Source: Octopus bimaculoides (Eukaryota). Taken from it: a stretch of 63,978 nt of DNA. Made by a program: the position numbers and the translations under genes. Under the pieces are notes generated by a model. The model ran no database searches, was not told where the DNA came from, and worked only from the letters and a program-made list of their open reading frames with translations. Below are positions 38,461 through 51,046 of this stretch, in pieces (the first letter of the stretch is position 1; every line of letters begins with the position of its first letter). The stretch lies in NCBI RefSeq assembly GCF_001194135.2, contig NC_068989.1, positions 39,056,640 through 39,120,617 on the forward strand, read 5' to 3'.

Positions 38461-39174
38461 TATTTTGAAGACTGTGGAATAAATGAAAATGAGATGGAGC
38501 AATGTCTGGTGAATATGGTGTGTGGAGCATTGTTTCCCATTCAGACTGCTCCAGCCTTTGGAATGTCATCCTTGCTGTACGTGGCCAAGCATTATCCTGA
38601 TGGAAGAACACCTTTCGTCTCAAAACCAAAGATGGTCGTTTTTTTTTCTAGCACTGACTGTAGCCACTCAAGCTGCTCACAGTAGATCTCCTATGTATCA
38701 TTTACAAGTTCAAAGTGGACTAAACATTTCATATCCCAACAAACAAATAACAACACCTTACGTGGGTGAAGACCTTCTTTAGCCTGGGGTGCCAGTGTTT
38801 CTCCTTTTCCTACTCACTCTCTTTGGTGCCTGACATTTTTATAGAGAACTCATTGCTTGTCACCAGTCAATATTCAATACAAAAAAGGTTCATTCATGAA
38901 ACATGACAGCAAAGAAGAGTACACATTAACTCTCTGTGCACGATTGGATTCAGGAAGTTTATGAGGAACCCATTGACCCAATCTACTGACTTTTCCGATG
39001 GCATGCAGGTGTCAATGTATTGTTGAATGACTAAATCCAAGCTTCTCTGCTAGTTCCTTAATAGTTACAATGGGATTTTGTTCCACCAAGGTTTATAGGA
39101 TGTCTTCGTCAACCTCTACAGATCTTCCAGGATGAAGCACGTCTTCTATGCTGTAGTTTCCAGCTCGGAAGTGA
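38461..39174 (-). mobile_element. Mariner (DD34D-type) transposase remnant
   Basis: Minus strand gives FRAGNYSIED..PGRSVEVDEDIL..HLHAIGKVSRLGQWVPHKL...KRPSLVLRRKVFFHQDNAWPRT...HTPYSPDIAPSHFHLFHSLQN, with the WVPHxL, HxDNAxPH and YSPDxAP hallmarks. Disrupted, no TIRs seen. Confidence 0.9.
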
Positions 39175-39735
39175 TCCCTGTCTATCTCTCTTTCTCTCTT
39201 GTTCTTCATCCATTCTGTTTTTCTCTCCCAACCCTTCCCTATTCTTCTCTTCCTTCTACCGTTCCCTCTCTCTCACTCTTCCTTCTTGATTCTCTCGTCA
39301 CTGACACGTGACGAAAGGGATTCTTTCTTTCTATTTCCTGCCTTCCTAAAGAGAAGACGTGATTTGTTTGTCTCTCAGTCACATCTAACTAGCGTTCAAA
39401 AGAATAATTTTTCTATCGTCTTGGCCTAACAGCCCTTACCGTTTGTTTTCACTGTTCTGTCTTGTTCTCAATGTTCTGTTCTTGTTTACACTTTCACCCT
39501 CCGCAAAAAAATTCCAAATTTTATTTAATTTTCTTTGCGGGAAGGATTGTTCCAACGAACTCGCTTATTGTCCTTGCCTTCAGAATGCGGAGTAGATGGA
39601 ACAGGGACAACTGAAGAAGGGAAATATTCTTTATGTTGCATGTCTCGTTTCTCTGTTTTTATCGTTGTTCGAAAAAAGTTCGTTTTCTGTCTTCGTCTTT
39701 ATGTTTTCGTTTCACATTGTGTTTAACGTTTTTTT
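39175..39735. repeat. Unclassified CpG-retaining insertion replacing the mariner 5' part
   Basis: Abrupt switch from transposase to a CT-rich, CpG-containing sequence at 39175. No ORF or termini recognised. Confidence 0.35.
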
Positions 39736-39924
39736 GTGATGTACCCATATATGCATGTATGTATACATATAGATGTAGGTATGTACATATATATGCATGT
39801 ATTTATATATTATTTACGTTATATATATATATTAATAATAATATGACAACAAAAGAATGAATGAGACCTCAATATTATATAAAATAGAGGAATGTATTTA
39901 TAAATATAATGTGACAATTAGTTG

Positions 39925-39997
39925 GTTGTTGTAATAAAACTCAGAGTTTCAGATGCCAGGCTGAAGTTTGCTCCAGCATCTCATCAGTTATTAAGAC
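39925..39997 (-). ncRNA. Minimal type I hammerhead-like ribozyme in the left pseudo-LTR
   Basis: Minus strand reads TAATAA-CTGATGA-GATGCTGG..CTGGCATC-T-GAAA-CTC-T-GAG-TT-TTATTA. It has the CUGAUGA and GAAA core, 8-bp stem II, palindromic stem III and 6-bp stem I. There is one extra nt before GAAA. Confidence 0.65.
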
Positions 39998-41010
39998 AAA
40001 CTCTATGAAAAGAAACCATTGAATAAAGAGAAATTACTCCAATAGGCAATGGTGAAAGTAATACTTCATTCATAGAATCCGCATATGCACACATATACAC
40101 TACACGTACACACACACATGTATGTATATATATCTTTATATGTACTCACACATGCATGTATATATACATACAAACACACTTTTATACATTTATATGTCTA
40201 CACATACACGCACATACACATGCATATTAACCCATGCAGGCATCACTATGCTCATATACACATCTCTCTCTACACACACATATACATACATGGATATACA
40301 AAACGTAGTTTATATGCACATGCATATACATATGCTTAAAGACGTATATACAAATAAAGACACATATGCAAAAACGCACCCATCATTATGTTCATATACA
40401 CACATACACATACATATGTGGATATACAAAATTTAGTCTATACACACATGCACATACATACACGGATAGATATATATACAAATAAAAACACATTCGCAAA
40501 AACATAAACCATAAAACATTCACATTCACATTCATCGCAAAACATGAATATACAAATGGGTTATATATGTATATACACAAAAACACCCTCCTGTCTGTCA
40601 ACACATCTACACCTGCAGATATATAAACGTACATACATACATATATGTATGAAGCATGGAGACAAGTACAACAGGTATAGTCTTTCGTATATATACAATC
40701 ATTCGTACACATACACATTAGGTATATACTACATGCATATAAGTTATGCAATTATAAAGGGTTAAAAAATACTGAAACTTATAAACAAAATAAAATTTCG
40801 TAAGTCTTTTAACACTTTCCAGCAGAAACCGAAAAATGACATCAAATACATAAAAAGTTCCAAACAAAAAAAATAATGGCACTTCTTTCTGATAAAACCA
40901 AGAACTTATACCTTGTAGAAAACAGCACATGCTTACAACTTCTACTTAACAACATTATTAATAATTACACTGAAGCTAGACCATAAGTTTATAACAACAT
41001 TAATAAAGAA

Positions 41011-41380
41011 GGAGGCGCAATGGCCCAGTGGTTAGGGCAGCGGACTGACGGTCATAGGATCGTGGTTTCGATTCCCAGACAGGGCGTTGTGAGTGTTTAT
41101 TGAGTGAAAACACCTAAAGCTCCACGAGGCTCTGGCAGGGGATGGTGGCGAACCCTGCTGTACTCTTTCGCCACAACTTTCTCTCACTCTTACTTCCTGT
41201 TTCTGTTGTGCCTGTAATTCAAAGGGTCAGCCTTGTCACACTGTGTCACGCTGAATATCCCCGAGAACTACATTAAGGGTACATGTGTCTGTGGAGTGCT
41301 CAGCCACTTGCACGTTAATTTCACGAGCAGGCTGTTCCATTGATCGGATCAACTGGAACCCTCGACAGAGTGCCAACAAC
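41011..41380 (+). mobile_element. Full-length tRNA-derived SINE (family D, OK/OR-like) inserted in the PLE RT, with an 11-bp TSD
   Basis: Box A TGGCCCAGTGG (41021-41031), box B GGTTTCGATTCC (41064-41075), (CAA)n tail. AATAAAGAAGG at 41002-41012 and 41381-41391. Removing it restores NINKEGSIIA. Confidence 0.92.
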
Positions 41381-43631
41381 AATAAAGAAGGTAGCATCAT
41401 CGCCGCTAGGCTTAAATTAGATAAAAAAAATAGAGGTCCTCCTCAAAAGAGGCCTTTATAATTATTAAAGACCATAAAAAGAACTTTCTATCTAATCATA
41501 AATGTAGACTTATTAACCCAGCAAAATCAGAAATTGGTATTATTAGTAAAGAAGTTTTAAGAAAAATCATTGCTAATGTCAGAAATGCTACTAGGTTAGT
41601 ACAATGGTCCAATAGTATAGAAGTCGTTGACTGGTTTAAAGCCATTAGGAATAAAAAATATATCAAGATTTACACAATTTGATATTGTAGATTTCTATGC
41701 TTCTATCTCTAAGAAACTGCGTGATAAAGCCCTCACCTTCGCAAGCGAATTTAGAGAAATTAGTACACAAGATAAGGACATAATCTTCCATGCTAGAAAG
41801 ACTTTACTATTCAGTGAGAATACAGAGTGGGTTAAGACAACCAATACAGAGGGTACCTTCAATGTGAGTAAGGGGTCATATGATGGAGCAGGCATATGTG
41901 ATCTCATTGGACTATTCCTACTTGATACGTTGGGTAAAACTTTTCCTGGTATATATTTCGCCATTTACAAAGATGATGCTCTATCTTTAACCACAAACAC
42001 CAATGGACCAGCACAAGATCTGTTTAGGAAGGACATTATCCAAATTATGAAAACATTTGATCTTAGCATAACAATAGATACCAACCTGATGATTGTCAAT
42101 TTCCTATATGCATCTTTAGATTTAAATAAGAATATTTACAAATCCTATAGAAAGCCCAACGATAGACTTTGCTATATTAATGTAGGTTCCTGCCATCCCC
42201 GCAAAGTATTTAAGAATTTAGTTAAAAACATTAGCAAGAGAATTTCTAGCCTCTCCTCCAATATAAACATTTTTATAGTGTTGTTCCAATATGTACTAAA
42301 GCTCCAAAAGATAGTAGTTTTAGCGAGGAAATAACCTACACACCTGTTATTAGTCTAGTAACAAAGAAACGGAAAAATAGGAATAGGAAAATTATCTGGT
42401 TCAAACCACTTTACTCCCCTGGAGTTACCTTTAATATAGGTAGATATTTCTTATCACTTATAGATAGGCGTTTTCCAGTCAATCATAATTATACAAAGCT
42501 CTTTAATGGGCACAACTTAAAAATTAGTTTTAATTCTACTACTAACTTAAAAAATATAATTGCACACAACACACAAAAACAACAAAATGAAGCCGGCTGT
42601 TCCTGCAGAGTTAAAAATTTGTGCCTGCTAAATAGAGCTTGTATGACCGAGAGCATTTATGAAGCCACTGTAGACTCTACAACCACTAAGGACATAGTTT
42701 CGTCAAAGAAATATGTGGGTCTCACAGAGGGAAATTTTAAAGCCAGGTTCAACAATCACACCTTAAGCTTCCAACACTGGAATAAAAGGAAAACAACCAA
42801 ATTATACAGTTATATACGGTCCTTAAAGGAAAAAGGTCTCAGCTATAAGAGTCACTGAAAGATCTTGGCCAAGTGTAATCCTTACACCAGTGGCAGTGGA
42901 AAGTGCAGTCTTTGTGAGATGGAAAGTTGGCTCATCTGGGAAAGTTCTTTAGATCCCACTGCATGTCTAAATTCAAGAAGTGAACTTTTTCGGTCATGTC
43001 CACATATGGCAAAACATTTGCTACATTTTTGGACCCCCCTCTCAAGATCACAGATAGAACCGGCTTTTTATAGTATGTCCACGTACAAGCCTTTTATATG
43101 TCTTAACATCTCTTATATATTTCTTGTATATATTTTATTACTTTATACATATTTTTTGTATATTATTTTTCACCCATTGTAATTGTATAACTTATGCGTG
43201 TATGGTATATACCTAATGTGTATGTGTATGAACGATTGCATATATATATACGAGTGCAAGACTCTACCTGTTGTACTTGTCTCCTTCCTTTATACATATA
43301 TGTATGTACGCTTATATATCTGCAGATGTAGATGTGTTTGACAGACAGGAGAGTGTATTTGTGTATATACATATATAACTCATTTGTATATTCATGTTTT
43401 GCGGTGAATGTGAATGTTTTACGGTTTTATGTGTTTTGCGTATGTGTTTTTATTTGTATATATGTCTATCCATGTATGTATGTGTGTGTGCATGTAGAGA
43501 TGTGTATATGAGCGTAGTGATGCCTGCATGGGTATATATACATGTGTATGTGCATGTATGTGTAGACATATATATGTATATATATGTGTTTGTATGTATA
43601 TATATACATACTTGATTGAGTATGTATATAG

Positions 43632-43663
<32 letters not shown>

Positions 43664-43746
43664 ATGCGTGCATATGTGAATTCTATGAATGAAGTATTAC
43701 TTTCCTGGAGTAATTTTCCTTTATTCGAGGTGTTTTTCATAGCATT

Positions 43747-43822
43747 TGTCTTAATAACTGATGGGATGCAGGAGCAGACTTCGGCCCCGGCATCCAAAAC
43801 TCTGAGTTTTTTTATTATGACA
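43747..43822 (+). ncRNA. Hammerhead-like ribozyme in the right pseudo-LTR (core decayed)
   Basis: TGTCTTAATAA-CTGATGG-GATGCAGG..CCGGCATC-CAAAA-CTCTGAGTT..TTATTATGACA, homologous to 39925-39997. The CGAAA core appears as CAAAA (CpG decay). Confidence 0.55.
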
Positions 43823-46800
43823 ACCAACTAATTGTCACATATATATATACACACATACATATATATATGTATATATTTATGTGTGCATGTGTGTGTATGT
43901 ATTTTTATGTCTGGTTATTATCATCTTTTGCCAGCTAAACACACAAAATATTTATTTGTTCTCCACTTTAGCTTTATTATGATGAGGAACAGGCAGGGCA
44001 AAAGGAGACACATGAGACAGGGATTTACTGAAGTGGTCACAGAATGTGACAAATAAGCTAAAATTAATTTAATAAAACTGAAGTGAAAATCAAGTAAATA
44101 GTCAGTGTGTTTAATTGGCTAAAGAGGACCATCCCAAGTATAACAACATTTGTTGCAACACTCAATTTCACATCTAAAATCTTGCAAAACAAAGACATAT
44201 TATGTGTGTGTGCCTGTGTATTTGTACGGGTATATATATATATATATATATACACATACATATATATGTATATTTATGCTTATACATATGTACATATGTG
44301 TGTGTGTATGCATGTACCTCTACACCTTTAAAATTCTTAATACCTCCTTATGTACATTCTATAATATCTCTTACCGCCCTTGCTTCATAATTTGTAAACA
44401 TGTTTTTTTCAAACTGTGCATTTATTCTTGCAACCCCTAGTGAAAATTTCATTTTTTTTTTGTTATCTTTTCAACCCTTTCAGGGTAATTATTATTATCA
44501 TCATTATTAAAGCAATGATGTGAGTAAAATGGGTAACTACACATGCTGTACAGTCAAGATTTACCACGAAACTTCAAAACATGTTATTAAAATGCCTGTT
44601 CTGAAAACAATTTCACAAACAAAACAAACAAGCGTTGTGGTAATGGCAGCAGTAGTGGTGATGATGGTAGAAAAAGTGATTATGATGATAGTGATGGCGT
44701 AATGTTAATATTTATGAGCAATTTCTATGGTGATATTAAATGTGTTACATAATCCCTTTTTAACAGAAAAGCTAATAAAATACAAAGATGGGAGAGGGAA
44801 GTGGAAAATTCCTTTTTTTTTTCTTTTTCATTTTTGTTTCTGTAATTCAGCAATATTAAAATTTAGGGTTACTTTTTGTTTGATATTAATACTTGCCAGT
44901 TTTCTTGTCCCTAGTTGAGGACATCCTCAGCTATATAGCTATATTCATTGTTCAGAAAGATGGCTAGATATTTATTAATATAGATATCAATGACAAGCTG
45001 GGATAAATAATTAGAAGCTCATGCTCTTAGAGGTCACAGTTATTTATATCAAATAAGTCAATGTGTTTATGAATGAAGGTGTTGATAACAAGGTATCTGT
45101 AATTTACTGAGTCTGTTTGGTAATTAACTTCTACCAGTTCTGCCAATCTAATACCCTGGATTAGTACTTTTTAATCATCTCTGATGAGATTGGGGACAAA
45201 GTTGAGTTTAGGAGGAATTGAACTGAAAGCTCAGAGAATTGGAACAACTAGAACAAGGCATTTTAAATGATGTTATAACAACTCTGCTAATATATAGTTC
45301 ATGCAGGCATGGTTTGGATGGGTCATCAAATTCTGAGTGAGTTTATTTTTGGAAGTTACTTCCCTCCCAAATGGATCAGAAAACCACGTCTTGGTCATGT
45401 TTCATTTCCAGCTTGTTTTCAACTGCTGGATGCTCTTTCTCATATCATGTCTTTACTCTGTGTACTGATGCATTTTATTCTGGTACCAGTACAAAAAAGG
45501 TTGTCATGTCCTTGACAAGACTAAAAGGTCCATTTAACTTTATTCTGTCTCAGCTCATTCACCAATTACATCACAGTGTATAGGATAGTTTGTCTGTGTG
45601 TTTTTTTTTTGTTTTTTTTTTAATGTGGCATCAACACTAGAAAGATTGTCATGTCCTTAACAAGGCTAAAAGTTCCTCTCAACTTAATGTTATCTCTGGC
45701 ACCTTTTACTCATTTCAGTTATTTGGCTATGGCCTTCCTGGGGTACCACCTTTGAGGCTTTTGTCAGTACTTATTTCAATTTGCTGGTTACTTTATCAAT
45801 TTCTATTGTCAAACCAGCCAAGACACAGAACACAAAGAGAAACAATACGTAAAAAAAAATATTATCAGTTTTAAACCAGTGTGAATATAAATATGGACAT
45901 GGATATAGACTCACAGCGACATGCAGTTTTTCTTCATATCACACTTACTCCAACCTACCCCACCTATTTGATGAAGAAAACTCTGATAAACTGTAGCCAA
46001 TTATTTCATAAAACACATAGGAACTGAAAACCAAGTTGACTTCTAATCCGAGAGGATGACAGCTGGTAGCCATGATGCTTTTCAGCATCTCTGCAACTAT
46101 TTGGAAGATATTTATACTGATATCTGAGAACAGACTTAAATATTTGTGACTGAGTAAGCATACCTAAAACTACTGTAGCTTGGGAACTATCGTTAATCTA
46201 AATGGCAAATTAGGTTTACATAGTTAAGAATAAGAACAATCCCTTCAGTAGGTTTCCATACAGTTTTCATCTGAGAAATTTCACTCAAAAATCTTTGCTC
46301 CATCTAACTGGAATTGGTTCTTGAAATACATATAAAGCTATAAATAATAGCATGCCATACCTACAGGCAGTCAGTCTCAACCCTTTCTCTCCAAAAGATT
46401 TTCTCAAGTCAATATTTACTAGCTGTCATTTATAGCTTTATTCTTTTATTGTTTTATTTGTTTCAGTCATTTAATTGTGGCCACACTGGAGCCCCATTTA
46501 AGCCTAGTACTCATTCTATCAATCCTTTTAGCTGAACTGCTGAGTTACAGGGACATAAACATACCAAACTGGTTGTTAAGCAGTGACGGGGGACAAACAC
46601 AGACACAATTTCACTTTCATATTAAAGATAAAACATTTATTTTTTCCTTCTCTAAGCTTTACACAATTTCCTCATGGTCTTCTGTAGTCAACTCAAACCT
46701 TAACTTATAGCAGCACAATACTTTTGTATATGATAAAAGTCTCTTAATGATAGCACAAGAGTAAGACTCATCAGATTCAATTAAGCTGTAATTGCCCCAG

Positions 46801-46942
46801 TTCCTGGTTTCTATATAATATCGTAGCCTTCAACTCTAATCCTTTTGTACTGCTTCAAGCCAAAGAGATTTAAAGGTCAATAATCAGGAAAAATATATGT
46901 GTGTGTGTATGTATGTATGTATGTATGTATGTATGTATGTGC

Positions 46943-46988
<46 letters not shown>

Positions 46989-47133
46989 CAGTTTGTGTTG
47001 GTACGTATATAACGTATATATGATGCACATGTATGTGCATGTATATATATATGCATATATATGTATATATACAAATGTATGCATGTATATAATTATGCAT
47101 TTATTTATATATATATATGCATATGTATATATA

Positions 47134-47203
<70 letters not shown>

Positions 47204-50200
47204 TGTACATATGTATGTATATGTGTATGTTTGTGTGTGTGTATCTATATATATATATATATATGTAAAGTGAGTGAGAGAGAGAGAGAGAGCACTTCTA
47301 ATGAAATGTGAACACATGATTTTTGTGGATGAAGAAAACATTCCATCTATATTCCTTCACCTATTGTGTTATTTGCAAAACAATTTGATGTCTAAATTGA
47401 AATAAAAGCAACAGAAATATAAAAGGAATTTAAAAAATAGTCTCTCAAACTGACAACCCTAGCAATTTGTTTGCGAAGAAAAGAAAGCTGTTAAGATGAA
47501 ATATCATTGTAAATACTGTAATGAATTTATTTAAACCTATATTACTTTTCTGGACCAAGCGGTTGTTTTCTTTCTCACTTTCTTTCTTTTTCTTTTTTTC
47601 TGTCTTTTTTGTTGTTGGCAGTTTTATCATTACTATTATTTTTTTTTTTTTTATGTGAGGAAAACACTTTATGTCAGATTTTATTAGTGGAAGTCTAGAC
47701 AAACTAGATTGCTCTTTCAACTTGTCTGAACAGTTTTGCAGAATCATTGATTGTAACTTTTAAATCGGGTGTGGAGAAAGTGACTTTGATTGCTATAGTA
47801 ACAATACAGATAATAATAGAGGTATTAACAATAATGATAACCACAATGACTATGACAATGATGATGATGATGAAGGCAATGATGGTGGTGGTGGCGGCGG
47901 CGGTGGTGGTGGTGGAAGCAGCAGTGTTGGTGAGTTTTGAGTTGTTAAAGGTGGTGAGAGTGTTGGTGGTTTCTCCTGGCTAGGCAACAGGCCAAATTTA
48001 GCAAAGGAGTGGGAAGTAAGGTAGGGTTTATAACCAATAGAATTAACCTGATACAATTACAAAATGAGTTATCATAATGCTGAATCTGTAAGAGATTTAA
48101 ATTAAAGTTTGAGTCAAGCATGAACTGGAATGAAAACAGGGAAATAAAAACCTAGAATTGCTAAGGATTCTTGTCTCACTTGAACAAATTTCTTGCTTCA
48201 GTCATTAAATTGTGGTCATACTGAGGCACCATCTTGAATGTGCTCCAGTACTTTTTTTTTTAAAGCCTTGTATTTATTCTATTGGTCTCTTTTTGTCGAA
48301 CTGCTTAGTTTTGAGAACAGAAAGAAATTAACACCAGTTGCCATGTGTTGGTCAGGAGCAAACATAAACTGTCTCTCTCACACATGCACACACACACATG
48401 CACGCACACACATGCACACACACACACACATGTATGCATGTATGCACACACAGCAACTGAAGCAGTAGTAGTACCAAAAAATAAAATATTCACCACTTAA
48501 TAGTAGATGTTGTGTTAGAACACATAAATACTGCAATGTTTGCCAAGAGAGAAAAACTCTCATATGGTTTTTTGGTGCTTAAAAGCACATCTTAGCTATT
48601 GCCAGCAGCAGCAGCAGACAATAACCACTACTTCCACTGTCAGGACTACCAGATCACATGATTTTGGCCGCCTATTTTGGCCTTGGCAATAGCAGACACC
48701 TAACTGCTAGAAATAGTAGTAACTGCTGCATTAACAATATACATAGAAATACAGAGCTCAAACAGGCACTGCTGTTGCTAAAAGCCAATGGGCTTAATAA
48801 AAAATAGGGCAACAGAAGCAGTATTAATACCAAAAGCAGTATTTATACCAAAAGAGAGAAACTCTTATATGTTTTTTGGTGCATAAAAGCACATCATAGC
48901 TATTTCCAGCAGCAGACAATCACTGCTACTTCTGCTGCCAGATTCTGTCTATTAAGTCCGCTCACAAGGCTTTGGTGGGCTTGAAGCTATAGTAGAAGAT
49001 TTTTGATCAAGGTGTAATGTAGTGGACTGAACCTAAGACTATGTGGCTGGGAAGCAAACTTCTTATCACATAGCCACACCATATATATATGATCACAAGT
49101 ATTTGAGGACCATCTATATTATACTGATTAAAGAGGTGTGGAACTTTGTCCAGTTTATTTTTTTTTCCCTGCATTATTAAAAAAAGTCATATTAGTTTGA
49201 AGAAATTATAAATGAATATTAAAAAATGTTTAAACCATAACGTTTATTTAAACATTAAAGATAAATTATAACGCTTAATATTACAAGATTTGCTTCTGTT
49301 CCAAATGTCAACTTCCGTTTGAATTTCATATGTAAACAAATAGCTTTTCTCTGCATTTGTAAAAAATGTAATAAAATGAAAAAAACAACAAAACACGTGA
49401 GTAAATTATTTTAAAAAGTAGTATGTAGTGCAAAAACAATAATCCCTATCTAATAGAATTGAGTTTTCAAATTGTGTTTGACTGCGGTCATGCTGGGGTA
49501 CCATCTTGACATTATTTAGTCAATAATATCATCTCCCAACAAAATATTTTGCATAAGGTCAAATGTAAGTTTCATTATCAAGATCGTCAAGAAAGGGAAA
49601 TATAAAAATATTAACTGAGATAAATGAAAATGGTCCATTTGCTGACAGATGTGTCTGCAAAAAAATTCTACACTGATGTGAGACACTTTTTAATTGAAAT
49701 GTATTTAAGTTATTTTTTAATTGCTAGGAAAGGGACACTAGAAACACTTAAGATGTATATAAGTGAATATAATGAAGCAACAATATAGCAAAACTCAACT
49801 TTACATTTTGGTAAATGTCATTCATTAATTCCCACCAGAGCATCTATTTTTCAAATTCACTCAAATGAGGATTCATGACCATTTCCCTTGACAGTATCAT
49901 CACTTTTCCAGTTTGCATTGTCTTTTTCAAATGTATCATGGATTATTTTACTTATTACAGAATAAACTATAACAGTCTTTGTTCAATTCATGAGCATATT
50001 GTCAATTTACTCTACAATTTATGTATCATATCTATAAGTATATATAATATCAATATGCACAACACATATGCCAGCAGAAAACTGCCTAGTGGGCGATTTT
50101 TCTGGTAGTGTAGTTAATGGAAATTAACTCCAATCTTTGTTACTTTGGTTGTTGACTTTGAAAAGATAAAAGACAAGTCATGATCTTTATAAGATTTGAA

Positions 50201-50460
50201 CTTAGGGCATAAAAGAATCTATATAAGTATGTGATCACCAGTGATTTTGAATATGAATTGTCGTTTATTCAATCAACTGAACTGCATGCTTTTGAATTAG
50301 TGTACTCTCCTTCTCCTAGGTCTTCAACTTCTAATGAAGTCATAAGTTTGCCATTGTAACATAAGGGTTGATAAGATAATGTATCAGTCAAGAACTGAAC
50401 TTGATGGTATCAGCTGACTTACTCTCTTCAAATTGGCTGGTTTTGTGGCAAAAACTAGGG

Positions 50461-50528
<68 letters not shown>

Positions 50529-50584
50529 CATTATTATCATCATTATTATTATTTCTATACCTATGTGAGATATAATAATAATTT

Positions 50585-50977
50585 CTGAATTAGACATATG
50601 GCCAACAGTTTTGAATGGAACTGGGGTGGGGGGCTGTTACCATTGCCCTGAGTACTTGACTAATGCTTTATTATATCAACCCCATGAAGGACAAAGCTGA
50701 TTTCAGCAGGAATTGAACTTAGTATGTAAAGTGTCAACAAAAACAAAAACAATAGTTTCAAATTTTGGCTCAAGACCAGTAATTTGGGGTGAGAGGTAAG
50801 TTGATTACATCAACCCCAGTACTCAAGGAGCACTTATTTTATTGACCTGACGGGATGAATGGCAAAGTGAACTTCAGCAGAATTTGAACTCTGAACATAA
50901 AAAAAGGAATAAAATGTCACTAAGCATTTTGTTTGGTATGCTAACAGTTCTACCAGTTTGCCACCTTAATAATAATG

Positions 50978-51046
<69 letters not shown>

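Larger units (their letters stand above)
39910..43840 (+). mobile_element. Naiad-type Penelope-like retroelement with inverted pseudo-LTRs (39910-40775 and ~43155-43840)
   Basis: ORF remnant 40790-43030 has DK.KNLY, INKEG, KDHKKNF..CRLINPAKSEIG, QWSNSIEVVDWF, QFDIVDFY, GSYDGA.ICDLIG, YKDDAL, HP, IIWF, CSCRVKNLC, YVGLTEGNFKARF, KCSLC, NSRSE..CPH. The flanks are reverse complements of each other. Confidence 0.92.

Noticed and set aside
42856-42858. In-frame TGA in the Naiad GIY-YIG region as a possible selenocysteine codon (some Naiads are selenoproteins)
   Set aside because: It sits at the conserved Trp of the I.W.I motif (TGG>TGA). All conserved Cys positions in this copy are TGT/TGC, and the ORF has other frameshifts.
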